Source: Eledone cirrhosa
Taxonomy: Eukaryota
Reading direction: 5' to 3'
Assembly: GCA_964016885.1 (NCBI GenBank)
Contig: OZ024742.1
Span: 349,370,001 to 349,434,000 of the forward strand
DNA length: 64,000 nt
Shown piece by piece: positions 14,801 to 29,816 of the stretch. Every line of letters starts with the position of its first letter. The first letter of the stretch is position 1. The notes beneath the pieces are model-generated. The model was not told the origin of the DNA and made no database searches. It saw only the letters and a program-made list of their open reading frames with translations. The position numbers were made by a program, and so were the translations under genes.

Positions 14801-17800
14801 TCATCGCAGAACCCTGTCTAAAACTCTCTAACTCTGATATCATTGCAGTACCCTGTCTAAAATTCTATAACTCTGATATCATCGCAGAACCTTGTCTAAA
14901 ACTCTGTAACTCTGATATCATTGCAGAACCCTGTCTAAAATTATATAACTCTGATATCATTGCGGTACCCTGTCTATAACTCTATAACTCTGATATCATC
15001 GCAGTACCCTGTTTAAATCTCTATAACTCTGATATCATCGCAGTACCCTGTCTAGAACTCTATAACTCTGATATCATCGCAGTACCCTGTCTAAAACTCT
15101 ATAACTCCGATATCATCGCAGAACCCTGTCTAAAACTCTATAACTCTGATATAATTGCAGTACCCTGTCTAAAATTCTATATCTCTGATATCATCGCAGT
15201 ACCCTGTCTAGAACTCTATATCTCTGATATCATCGCAGTACCCTGTCTAAAACTCTATAACTCTGATATCATCGCAGTACCCTGTCTAAAACTCTATAAC
15301 TCCGATATCATCGCAGAACCCTGTCTAAAACTCTATAACTCTGATATCATTGCATTACCCTGTTTAAAACTCTATAACTCTGATATCATCGCAGTACCCT
15401 GTCTAAAACTCTATAACTCCGATATCATCGCAGAACCCTGTCTAAAACTCTATAACTCTGATATCATTGCAGTACCCTGTCTAAAACTCTATAACTCTGA
15501 TATCATTGCAGTACCCTGTCTAAAACTCTATAACTCTGATAACATCGCAAAACACTGTCTAAATCTCTATAACTCTGATATCATCGCAGTAGCCTGTCTA
15601 GAACTCTATAACTCTGATATCATCGCAGTACCCTGTCTAGAACTCTATAACTCTGATATCATCGCAGAACCCTGTCTAAAACTCTCTAACTCTGATATCA
15701 TTGCAGTACCCTGTCTAAAATTCTATAACTCTGATATCATCGCAGAACCCTGTCTAAAACTCTCTAACTCTGATATCATTTCAGAACCCTGTTTAAAATT
15801 CTATAACTCTGATATCATCGCAGTACCCTGTCTAAAACTCTAAAACTCTGATATCATTGCAGTACCCTTTTTAAAATTCTATAACTCTGATATCATTGCA
15901 GTACCCTGTCTAAAATTCTATAACTCTGATATCATCGCAGAACCCTGTCTAAAACTCTCTAACTCTGATATCATCGCAGTACCCTGTCTAAAACTCTATA
16001 ACTCTGATATCATTGCAGTACCCTTTTTTAAAATTCTATAACTCTGATATCATCGCAGTACCCTGTCTAAAACTATATAACTCTGATATCATTGCGGTAC
16101 CCTGTCTAAAACTCTATAACTCTGATATCATCGCAGTACCCTGTTTAAATCTCTATAACTCTGATATCATCGCAGTACCCTGTCTAGAACTCTATATCTC
16201 TGATATCATCGCAGTACCCTGTCTAAAACTCTATAACTCTGATATCATTGCAGTATCCTGTCTAAAACTCTCTAACTCTGATATCATCGCAGTACCCTGT
16301 CTAAAACTCTATAACTCTGATATCATCGCAGTACCCTGTCTAAAACTCTATAACTCTGATAACATCGCAAAACCCTGTCTAAATCTCTATAACTCTGATA
16401 TCATCGCAGTAGCCTGTCTAGAACTCTATAACTCTGATATCATCGCAGTACCCTGTCTAGAACTCTAGAACTCTGATATCATCGCAGAACCCTGTCTAAA
16501 CTCTCTAACTCTGATATCATTGCAGGAACCCTGTCTAAAATTCTATAAGTCTGATATCATCGCAGAACCCTGTCTAAAACTCTCTAACTCTGATATCATT
16601 GCAGAACCCTGTCTAAAATTCTATAACTCTGATATCATCGCAGTACCCTGTCTAAAACTATATAACTCTGATATCATTGCGGTACCCTGTCTAAAACTCT
16701 ATAACTCTGATATCATCGCAGTACCCTGTTTAAATCTCTATAACTCTGATATCATCGCAGTACCCTGTCTAGAACTCTATAACTCTGATATCATCGCAGT
16801 ACCCTGTCTAAAACTCTATAACTCCGATATCATCGCAGTACCCTGTCTAAAACTCTATAACTCTGATATCATCGCAGTACCTGTCTACAACTCCATAACT
16901 CTGATATCATCGCAGTACCCTGTCTAAAACTCTATAACTCTGATATCATCGCAGTACCTGTTTAAAACTCTATAACTCTGATATCATTGCAGTACCCTGT
17001 CTAAAACTCTCTAACTCTGATATCATCGCAGTACCCTGTCTAAAACTCTATTATTCTGATATCATTGCAGTACCCTGTCTAAAACTCTATAACTCTGATA
17101 ACATCGCAAAACCCTGTCTAAATCTCTATAACTCTGATATCATCGCAGTACCCTGTCTAAAACTCTATAACTCCGATATCATCGCAGAACCCTGTCTAAA
17201 ACTCTATAACTCTGATATCATTGCATTACCCTGTCTAAAACTCTATAACTCTGATATCATCGCAGTACCCTGTCTAAAACTCTATAACTCTGATATCATT
17301 GCAGTACCCTTTTTAAAATGCTATAACTCTGATATCATCGCAGTACCCTGTCTAAAACTCCATAACTCTGATATCATCGCAGTACCCTGTCTAAAACTCT
17401 ATATCTCTGATATAATTGCAGTACCCTGTCTAAAACTCTATAACTCTGATATCATCGCAGTACCTGTCTAAAACTCTATATCTCTGATATCATCGCAGTA
17501 CCCTGTCTAAAACTCTATAACTCCGATATCATCGCAGAACCCTGTCTAAAACTCTATAACTCTGATATAATTGCAGTACCCTGTCTAAAATTCTATAACT
17601 CTGATATCATCGCAGTACCCTGTCTAGAACTCTATATCTCTGATATCATCGCAGTACCCTGTCTAAAACTCTATAACTCTGATATCATCGCAGTACCCTG
17701 TCTAAAACTCTATAACTCCGATATCATCGCAGAACCCTGTCTAAAACTCTATAACTCTGATATCATTGCATTACCCTGTCTAAAACTCTATAACTCTGAT

Positions 17801-20800
17801 ATCATCGCAGTACCCTGTCTAAAACTCTATAACTCCGATATCATCGCAGAACCCTGTCTGAAACTCTATAACTCTGAAATCATTGCAGTACCCTGTCTAA
17901 ATCTCTATAACTCTGATATCATCGCAGTAGCCTGTCTAGAACTCTATAACTCTGATATCATCGCAGTAGCCTGTCTAGAACTCTATAACTCTGATATCAT
18001 CGCAGAACCCTGTCTAAAACTCTCTAACTCTGATATCATTGCAGTACCCTGTCTAAAATTCTATAACTCTGATATCATCGCAGAACCCTGTCTAAAACTC
18101 TGTAACTCTGATATCATTGCAGAACCCTGTCTAAAATTATATAACTCTGATATCATTGCGGTACCCTGTCTATAACTCTATAACTCTGATATCATCGCAG
18201 TACCCTGTTTAAATCTCTATAACTCTGATATCATCGCAGTACCCTGTCTAGAACTCTATAACTCTGATATCATCGCAGTACCCTGTCTAAAACTCTATAA
18301 CTCCGATATCATCGCAGAACCCTGTCTAAAACTCTATAACTCTGATATAATTGCAGTACCCTGTCTAAAATTCTATAACTCTGATATCATCGCAGTACCC
18401 TGTCTAGAACTCTATATCTCTGATATCATCGCAGTACCCTGTCTAAAACTCTATAACTCTGATATCATCGCAGTACCCTGTCTAAAACTCTATAACTCCG
18501 ATATCATCGCAGAACCCTGTCTAAAACTCTATAACTCTGATATCATTGCATTACCCTGTTTAAAACTCTATAACTCTGATATCATCGCAGTACCCTGTCT
18601 AAAACTCTATAACTCCGATATCATCGCAGAACCCTGTCTAAAACTCTATAACTCTGATATCATTGCAGTACCCTGTCTAAAACTCTATAACTCTGATATC
18701 ATCGCAGTACCCTGTCTAAAACTCTATAACTCTGATATCATTGCAGTACCCTGTCTAAAACTCTATAACTCTGATAACATCGCAAAACACTGTCTAAATC
18801 TCTATAACTCTGATATCATCGCAGTAGCCTGTCTAGAACTCTATAACTCTGATATCATCGCAGTACCCTGTCTAGAACTCTATAACTCTGATATCATCGC
18901 AGAACCCTGTCTAAAACTCTCTAACTCTGATATCATTGCAGTACCCTGTCTAAAATTCTATAACTCTGATATCATCGCAGAACCCTGTCTAAAACTCTCT
19001 AACTCTGATATCATTTCAGAACCCTGTCTAAAATTCTATAACTCTGATATCATCGCAGTACCCTGTCTAAAACTCTAAAACTCTGATATCATTGCAGTAC
19101 CCTTTTTAAAATTCTATAACTCTGATATCATTGCAGTACCCTGTCTAAAATTCTATAACTCTGATATCATCGCAGAACCCTGTCTAAAACTCTCTAACTC
19201 TGATATCATCGCAGTACCCTGTCTAAAACTCTATAACTCTGATATCATTGCAGTACCCTTTTTTAAAATTCTATAACTCTGATATCATCGCAGTACCCTG
19301 TCTAAAACTATATAACTCTGATATCATTGCGGTACCCTGTCTAAAACTCTATAACTCTGATATCATCGCAGTACCCTGTTTAAATCTCTATAACTTTGAT
19401 ATCATCGCAGTACCCTGTCTAGAACTCTATATCTCTGATATCATCGCAGTACCCTGTCTAAAACTCTATAACTCTGATATCATTGCAGTATCCTGTCTAA
19501 AACTCTCTAACTCTGATATCATCGCAGTACCCTGTCTAAAACTCTATAACTCTGATATCATCGCAGTACCCTGTCTAAAACTCTATAACTCTGATAACAT
19601 CGCAAAACCCTGTCTAAATCTCTATAACTCTGATATCATCGCAGTAGCCTGTCTAGAACTCTATAACTCTGATATCATCGCAGTACCCTGTCTAGAACTC
19701 TATAACTCTGATATCATCGCAGAACCCTGTCTAAACTCTCTAACTCTGATATCATTGCAGGAACCCTGTCTAAAATTCTATAAGTCTGATATCATCGCAG
19801 AACCCTGTCTAAAACTCTCTAACTCTGATATCATTGCAGAACCCTGTCTAAAATTCTATAACTCTGATATCATCGCAGTACCCTGTCTAAAACTATATAA
19901 CTCTGATATCATTGCGGTAAACTGTCTAAAACTCTATAACTCTGATATCATCGCAGTACCCTGTTTAAATCTCTATAACTCTGATATCATCGCAGTACCC
20001 TGTCTAGAACTCTATAACTCTGATATCATCGCAGTACCCTGTCTAAAACTCTATAACTCCGATATCATCGCAGTACCCTGTCTAAAACTCTATAACTCTG
20101 ATATCATCGCAGTACCTGTCTACAACTCCATAACTCTGATATCATCGCAGTACCCTGTCTAAAACTCTATAACTCTGATATCATCGCAGTACCTGTTTAA
20201 AACTCTATAACTCTGATATCATTGCAGTACCCTGTCTAAAACTCTCTAACTCTGATATCATCGCAGTACCCTGTCTAAAACTCTATTATTCTGATATCAT
20301 TGCAGTACCCTGTCTAAAACTCTATAACTCTGATATCATCGCAGTACCCTGTCTAAAACTCTATAACTCTGATATCATTGCAGTACCCTGTCTAAAACTC
20401 TATAACTCTGATAACATCGCAAAACACTGTCTAAATCTCTATAACTCTGATATCATCGCAGTAGCCTGTCTAGAACTCTATAACTCTGATATCATCGCAG
20501 TACCCTGTCTAGAACTCTATAACTCTGATATCATCGCAGTACCTGTCTAAAACTCTATATCTCTGATATCATCGCAGTACCCTGTCTAAAACTCTATAAC
20601 TCCGATATCATCGCAGAACCCTGTCTAAAACTCTATAACTCTGATATAATTGCAGTACCCTGTCTAAAATTCTATAACTCTGATATCATCGCAGTACCCT
20701 GTCTAGAACTCTATATCTCTGATATCATCGCAGTACCCTGTCTAAAACTCTATAACTCTGATATCATCGCAGTACCCTGTCTAAAACTCTATAACTCCGA

Positions 20801-23400
20801 TATCATCGCAGAACCCTGTCTAAAACTCTATAACTCTGATATCATTGCATTACCCTGTCTAAAACTCTATAACTCTGATATCATCGCAGTACCCTGTCTA
20901 AAACTCTATAACTCCGATATCATCGCAGAACCCTGTCTGAAACTCTATAACTCTGAAATCATTGCAGTACCCTGTCTAAATCTCTATAACTCTGATATCA
21001 TCGCAGTAGCCTGTCTAGAACTCTATAACTCTGATATCATCGCAGTAGCCTGTCTAGAACTCTATAACTCTGATATCATCGCAGAACCCTGTCTAAAACT
21101 CTCTAACTCTGATATCATTGCAGTACCCTGTCTAAAATTCTATAACTCTGATATCATCGCAGAACCCTGTCTAAAACTCTGTAACTCTGATATCATTGCA
21201 GAACCCTGTCTAAAATTATATAACTCTGATATCATTGCGGTACCCTGTCTATAACTCTATAACTCTGATATCATCGCAGTACCCTGTTTAAATCTCTATA
21301 ACTCTGATATCATCGCAGTACCCTGTCTAGAACTCTATAACTCTGATATCATCGCAGTACCCTGTCTAAAACTCTATAACTCCGATATCATCGCAGAACC
21401 CTGTCTAAAACTCTATAACTCTGATATAATTGCAGTACCCTGTCTAAAATTCTATAACTCTGATATCATCGCAGTACCCTGTCTAGAACTCTATATCTCT
21501 GATATCATCGCAGTACCCTGTCTAAAACTCTATAACTCTGATATCATCGCAGTACCCTGTCTAAAACTCTATAACTCCGATATCATCGCAGAACCCTGTC
21601 TAAAACTCTATAACTCTGATATCATTGCATTACCCTGTTTAAAACTCTATAACTCTGATATCATCGCAGTACCCTGTCTAAAACTCTATAACTCCGATAT
21701 CATCGCAGAACCCTGTCTAAAACTCTATAACTCTGATATCATTGCAGTACCCTGTCTAAAACTCTATAACTCTGATATCATCGCAGTAACCTGTCTAAAA
21801 CTCTATAACTCTGATATCATTGCAGTACCCTGTCTAAAACTCTATAACTCTGATAACATCGCAAAACACTGTCTAAATCTCTATAACTCTGATATCATCG
21901 CAGTAGCCTGTCTAGAACTCTATAACTCTGATATCATCGCAGTACCCTGTCTAGAACTCTATAACTCTGATATCATCGCAGAACCCTGTCTAAAACTCTC
22001 TAACTCTGATATCATTGCAGTACCCTGTCTAAAATTCTATAACTCTGATATCATCGCAGAACCCTGTCTAAAACTCTCTAACTCTGATATCATTTCAGAA
22101 CCCTGTCTAAAATTCTATAACTCTGATATCATCGCAGTACCCTGTCTAAAACTCTAAAACTCTGATATCATTGCAGTACCCTTTTTAAAATTCTATAACT
22201 CTGATATCATTGCAGTACCCTGTCTAAAATTCTATAACTCTGATATCATCGCAGAACCCTGTCTAAAACTCTCTAACTCTGATATCATCGCAGTACCCTG
22301 TCTAAAACTCTATAACTCTGATATCATTGCAGTACCCTTTTTTAAAATTCTATAACTCTGATATCATCGCAGTACCCTGTCTAAAACTATATAACTCTGA
22401 TATCATTGCGGTACCCTGTCTAAAACTCTATAACTCTGATATCATCGCAGTACCCTGTTTAAATCTCTATAACTTTGATATCATCGCAGTACCCTGTCTA
22501 GAACTCTATATCTCTGATATCATCGCAGTACCCTGTCTAAAACTCTATAACTCTGATATCATTGCAGTATCCTGTCTAAAACTCTCTAACTCTGATATCA
22601 TCGCAGTACCCTGTCTAAAACTCTATAACTCTGATATCATCGCAGTACCCTGTCTAAAACTCTATAACTCTGATAACATCGCAAAACCCTGTCTAAATCT
22701 CTATAACTCTGATATCATCGCAGTAGCCTGTCTAGAACTCTATAACTCTGATATCATCGCAGTACCCTGTCTAGAACTCTATAACTCTGATATCATCGCA
22801 GAACCCTGTCTAAACTCTCTAACTCTGATATCATTGCAGGAACCCTGTCTAAAATTCTATAAGTCTGATATCATCGCAGAACCCTGTCTAAAACTCTCTA
22901 ACTCTGATATCATTGCAGAACCCTGTCTAAAATTCTATAACTCTGATATCATCGCAGTACCCTGTCTAAAACTATATAACTCTGATATCATTGCGGTAAA
23001 CTGTCTAAAACTCTATAACTCTGATATCATCGCAGTACCCTGTTTAAATCTCTATAACTCTGATATCATCGCAGTACCCTGTCTAGAACTCTATAACTCT
23101 GATATCATCGCAGTACCCTGTCTAAAACTCTATAACTCCGATATCATCGCAGTACCCTGTCTAAAACTCTATAACTCTGATATCATCGCAGTACCTGTCT
23201 ACAACTCCATAACTCTGATATCATCGCAGTACCCTGTCTAAAACTCTATAACTCTGATATCATCGCAGTACCTGTTTAAAACTCTATAACTCTGATATCA
23301 TTGCAGTACCCTGTCTAAAACTCTCTAACTCTGATATCATCGCAGTACCCTGTCTAAAACTCTATTATTCTGATATCATTGCAGTACCCTGTCTAAAACT
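11870..23400 (+). repeat. Higher-order repeat of 79-83 monomers (~3.1-3.2 kb), about 3.5 tandem copies
   Basis: The six-T 40-bp monomer and its ORF start recur at 12817, 16013, 19248 and 22327 (offsets 3196, 3235, 3079). ATTTCAGA lies at ~15779, ~19014 and ~22093, and AACTTTGAT at ~19392 and ~22471. Confidence 0.85.
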
Positions 23401-26400
23401 CTATAACTCTGATAACATCGCAAAACCCTGTCTAAATCTCTATAACTCTGATATCATCGCAGTACCCTGTCTAAAACTCTATAACTCCGATATCATCGCA
23501 GAACCCTGTCTAAAACTCTATAACTCTGATATCATTGCAGTACCCTGTCTAAAACTCTATAACTCTGATATCATCGCAGTACCCTGTCTAAAACTCTATA
23601 ACTCTGATATCATTGCAGTACCCTGTCTAAAACTCTATAACTCTGATAACATCGCAAAACACTGTCTAAATCTCTATAACTCTGATATCATCGCAGTAGC
23701 CTGTCTAGAACTCTATAACTCTGATATCATCGCAGTACCCTGTCTAGAACTCTATAACTCTGATATCATCGCAGAACCCTGTCTAAAACTCTCTAACTCT
23801 GATATCATTGCAGTACCCTGTCTAAAATTCTATAACTCTGATATCATCGCAGAACCCTGTCTAAAACTCTCTAACTCTGATATCATTGCAGAACCCTGTC
23901 TAAAACTCTATAACTCTGATATCATTGCAGTACCCTTTTTAAAATTCTATAACTCTGATATCATTGCAGTACCCTGTCTAAAATTCTATAACTCTGATAT
24001 CATCGCAGAACCCTGTCTAAAACTCTCTAACTCTGATATCATCGCAGTACCCTGTCTAAAACTCTATAACTCTGATATAATTGCAGTACCCTGTCTAAAA
24101 TTCTATAACTCTGATATCATCGCAGTACCCTGTCTAGAACTCTATATCTCTGATATCATCGCAGTACCCTGTCTAAAACTCTATAACTCTGATATCATCG
24201 CAGTACCCTGTCTAAAACTCTATAACTCTGATATCATCGCAGAACCCTGTCTAAAACTCTATAACTCTGATATCATTGCATTACCCTGTCTAAAACTCTA
24301 TAACTCTGATATCATCGCAGTACCCTGTCTAAAACTCTATAACTCCGATATCATCGCAGAACCCTGTCTGAAACTCTATAACTCTGAAATCATTGCAGTA
24401 CCCTGTCTAAATCTCTATAACTCTGATATCATCGCAGTAGCCTGTCTAGAACTCTATAACTCTGATATCATCGCAGTAGCCTGTCTAGAACTCTATAACT
24501 CTGATATCATCGCAGAACCCTGTCTAAAACTCTCTAACTCTGATATCATTGCAGTACCCTGTCTAAAATTCTATAACTCTGATATCATCGCAGAACCCTG
24601 TCTAAAACTCTGTAACTCTGATATCATTGCAGAACCCTGTCTAAAATTATATAACTCTGATATCATTGCGGTACCCTGTCTATAACTCTATAACTCTGAT
24701 ATCATCGCAGTACCCTGTTTAAATCTCTATAACTCTGATATCATCGCAGTACCCTGTCTAGAACTCTATAACTCTGATATCATCGCAGTACCCTGTCTAA
24801 AACTCTATAACTCCGATATCATCGCAGAACCCTGTCTAAAACTCTATAACTCTGATATAATTGCAGTAACCTGTCTAAAATTCTATAACTCTGATATCAT
24901 CGCAGTACCCTGTCTAGAACTCTATATCTCTGATATCATCGCAGTACCCTGTCTAAAACTCTATAACTCTGATATCATCGCAGTACCCTGTCTAAAACTC
25001 TATAACTCCGATATCATCGCAGAACCCTGTCTAAAACTCTATAACTCTGATATCATTGCATTACCCTGTTTAAAACTCTATAACTCTGATATCATCGCAG
25101 TACCCTGTCTAAAACTCTATAACTCCGATATCATCGCAGAACCCTGTCTAAAACTCTATAACTCTGATATCATTGCAGTACCCTGTCTAAAACTCTATAA
25201 CTCTGATATCATCGCAGTACCCTGTCTAAAACTCTATAACTCTGATATCATTGCAGTACCCTGTCTAAAACTCTATAACTCTGATAACATCGCAAAACAC
25301 TGTCTAAATCTCTATAACTCTGATATCATCGCAGTAGCCTGTCTAGAACTCTATAACTCTGATATCATCGCAGTACCCTGTCTAGAACTCTATAACTCTG
25401 ATATCATCGCAGAACCCTGTCTAAAACTCTCTAACTCTGATATCATTGCAGTACCCTGTCTAAAATTCTATAACTCTGATATCATCGCAGAACCCTGTCT
25501 AAAACTCTCTAACTCTGATATCATTGCAGAACCCTGTCTAAAATTCTATAACTCTGATATCATCGCAGTACCCTGTCTAAAACTCTAAAACTCTGATATC
25601 ATTGCAGTACCCTTTTTAAAATTCTATAACTCTGATATCATCGCAGTACCCTGTCTAAAACTCTATAACTCCGATATCATCGCAGAACCCTGTCTGAAAC
25701 TCTATAACTCTGAAATCATTGCAGTACCCTGTCTAAATCTCTATAACTCTGATATCATCGCAGTAGCCTGTCTAGAACTCTATAACTCTGATATCATCGC
25801 AGTAGCCTGTCTAGAACTCTATAACTCTGATATCATCGCAGAACCCTGTCTAAAACTCTCTAACTCTGATATCATTGCAGTACCCTGTCTAAAATTTCTA
25901 TAACTCTGATATCATCGCAGAACCCTGTCTAAAACTCTGTAACTCTGATATCATTGCAGAACCCTGTCTAAAATTATATAACTCTGATATCATTGCGGTA
26001 CCCTGTCTATAACTCTATAACTCTGATATCATCGCAGTACCCTGTTTAAATCTCTATAACTCTGATATCATCGCAGTACCCTGTCTAGAACTCTATAACT
26101 CTGATATCATCGCAGTACCCTGTCTAAAACTCTATAACTCCGATATCATCGCAGAACCCTGTCTAAAACTCTATAACTCTGATATAATTGCAGTACCCTG
26201 TCTAAAATTCTATAACTCTGATATCATCGCAGTACCCTGTCTAGAACTCTATATCTCTGATATCATCGCAGTACCCTGTCTAAAACTCTATAACTCTGAT
26301 ATCATCGCAGTACCCTGTCTAAAACTCTATAACTCCGATATCATCGCAGAACCCTGTCTAAAACTCTATAACTCTGATATCATTGCATTACCCTGTTTAA

Positions 26401-29400
26401 AACTCTATAACTCTGATATCATCGCAGTACCCTGTCTAAAACTCTATAACTCCGATATCATCGCAGAACCCTGTCTAAAACTCTATAACTCTGATATCAT
26501 TGCAGTACCCTGTCTAAAACTCTATAACTCTGATATCATCGCACTACCCTGTCTAAAACTCTATAACTCTGATATCATCGCAGTACCCTGTCTAAAACTC
26601 TATTATTCTGATATCATTGCAGTACCCTGTCTAAAACTCTATAACTCTGATAACATCGCAAAACCCTGTCTAAATCTCTATAACTCTGATATCATCGCAG
26701 TACCCTGTCTAAAACTCTATAACTCCGATATCATCGCAGAACCCTGTCTAAAACTCTATAACTCTGATATCATTGCAGTACCCTGTCTAAAACTCTATAA
26801 CTCTGATATCATCGCAGTACCCTGTCTAAAACTCTATAACTCTGATATCATTGCAGTACCCTGTCTAAAACTCTATAACTCTGATAACATCGCAAAACAC
26901 TGTCTAAATCTCTATAACTCTGATATCATCGCAGTAGCCTGTCTAGAACTCTATAACTCTGATATCATCGCAGTACCCTGTCTAGAACTCTATAACTCTG
27001 ATATCATCGCAGAACCCTGTCTAAAACTCTCTAACTCTGATATCATTGCAGTACCCTGTCTAAAATTCTATAACTCTGATATCATCGCAGAACCCTGTCT
27101 AAAACTCTCTAACTCTGATATCATTGCAGAACCCTGTCTAAAACTCTATAACTCTGATATCATTGCAGTACCCTTTTTAAAATTCTATAACTCTGATATC
27201 ATTGCAGTACCCTGTCTAAAATTCTATAACTCTGATATCATCGCAGAACCCTGTCTAAAACTCTCTAACTCTGATATCATCGCAGTACCCTGTCTAAAAC
27301 TCTATAACTCTGATATAATTGCAGTACCCTGTCTAAAATTCTATAACTCTGATATCATCGCAGTACCCTGTCTAGAACTCTATATCTCTGATATCATCGC
27401 AGTACCCTGTCTAAAACTCTATAACTCTGATATCATCGCAGTACCCTGTCTAAAACTCTATAACTCTGATATCATCGCAGAACCCTGTCTAAAACTCTAT
27501 AACTCTGATATCATTGCATTACCCTGTCTAAAACTCTATAACTCTGATATCATCGCAGTACCCTGTCTAAAACTCTATAACTCCGATATCATCGCAGAAC
27601 CCTGTCTGAAACTCTATAACTCTGAAATCATTGCAGTACCCTGTCTAAATCTCTATAACTCTGATATCATCGCAGTAGCCTGTCTAGAACTCTATAACTC
27701 TGATATCATCGCAGTAGCCTGTCTAGAACTCTATAACTCTGATATCATCGCAGAACCCTGTCTAAAACTCTCTAACTCTGATATCATTGCAGTACCCTGT
27801 CTAAAATTCTATAACTCTGATATCATCGCAGAACCCTGTCTAAAACTCTGTAACTCTGATATCATTGCAGAACCCTGTCTAAAATTATATAACTCTGATA
27901 TCATTGCGGTACCCTGTCTATAACTCTATAACTCTGATATCATCGCAGTACCCTGTTTAAATCTCTATAACTCTGATATCATCGCAGTACCCTGTCTAGA
28001 ACTCTATAACTCTGATATCATCGCAGTACCCTGTCTAAAACTCTATAACTCCGATATCATCGCAGAACCCTGTCTAAAACTCTATAACTCTGATATAATT
28101 GCAGTAACCTGTCTAAAATTCTATAACTCTGATATCATCGCAGTACCCTGTCTAGAACTCTATATCTCTGATATCATCGCAGTACCCTGTCTAAAACTCT
28201 ATAACTCTGATATCATCGCAGTACCCTGTCTAAAACTCTATAACTCCGATATCATCGCAGAACCCTGTCTAAAACTCTATAACTCTGATATCATTGCATT
28301 ACCCTGTTTAAAACTCTATAACTCTGATATCATCGCAGTACCCTGTCTAAAACTCTATAACTCCGATATCATCGCAGAACCCTGTCTAAAACTCTATAAC
28401 TCTGATATCATTGCAGTACCCTGTCTAAAACTCTATAACTCTGATATCATCGCAGTACCCTGTCTAAAACTCTATAACTCTGATATCATTGCAGTACCCT
28501 GTCTAAAACTCTATAACTCTGATAACATCGCAAAACACTGTCTAAATCTCTATAACTCTGATATCATCGCAGTAGCCTGTCTAGAACTCTATAACTCTGA
28601 TATCATCGCAGTACCCTGTCTAGAACTCTATAACTCTGATATCATCGCAGAACCCTGTCTAAAACTCTCTAACTCTGATATCATTGCAGTACCCTGTCTA
28701 AAATTCTATAACTCTGATATCATCGCAGAACCCTGTCTAAAACTCTCTAACTCTGATATCATTGCAGAACCCTGTCTAAAATTCTATAACTCTGATATCA
28801 TCGCAGTACCCTGTCTAAAACTCTAAAACTCTGATATCATTGCAGTACCCTTTTTAAAATTCTATAACTCTGATATCATCGCAGTACCCTGTCTAAAACT
28901 CTATAACTCCGATATCATCGCAGAACCCTGTCTGAAACTCTATAACTCTGAAATCATTGCAGTACCCTGTCTAAATCTCTATAACTCTGATATCATCGCA
29001 GTAGCCTGTCTAGAACTCTATAACTCTGATATCATCGCAGTAGCCTGTCTAGAACTCTATAACTCTGATATCATCGCAGAACCCTGTCTAAAACTCTCTA
29101 ACTCTGATATCATTGCAGTACCCTGTCTAAAATTTCTATAACTCTGATATCATCGCAGAACCCTGTCTAAAACTCTGTAACTCTGATATCATTGCAGAAC
29201 CCTGTCTAAAATTATATAACTCTGATATCATTGCGGTACCCTGTCTATAACTCTATAACTCTGATATCATCGCAGTACCCTGTTTAAATCTCTATAACTC
29301 TGATATCATCGCAGTACCCTGTCTAGAACTCTATAACTCTGATATCATCGCAGTACCCTGTCTAAAACTCTATAACTCCGATATCATCGCAGAACCCTGT

Positions 29401-29816
29401 CTAAAACTCTATAACTCTGATATAATTGCAGTACCCTGTCTAAAATTCTATAACTCTGATATCATCGCAGTACCCTGTCTAGAACTCTATATCTCTGATA
29501 TCATCGCAGTACCCTGTCTAAAACTCTATAACTCTGATATCATCGCAGTACCCTGTCTAAAACTCTATAACTCCGATATCATCGCAGAACCCTGTCTAAA
29601 ACTCTATAACTCTGATATCATTGCATTACCCTGTTTAAAACTCTATAACTCTGATATCATCGCAGTACCCTGTCTAAAACTCTATAACTCCGATATCATC
29701 GCAGAACCCTGTCTAAAACTCTATAACTCTGATATCATTGCAGTACCCTGTCTAAAACTCTATAACTCTGATATCATCGCACTACCCTGTCTAAAACTCT
29801 ATAACTCTGATATCAT
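23326..29816 (+). repeat. Apparently exact 3238-bp (83-monomer) tandem duplication
   Basis: All checked markers sit at offset exactly 3238 = 83x39+1: TATTATT 23363/26601, GCAGTAACCT 24863/28101, AAAATTTCTA 25891/29129, GCACTACCC 26541/29779. Confidence 0.9.
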
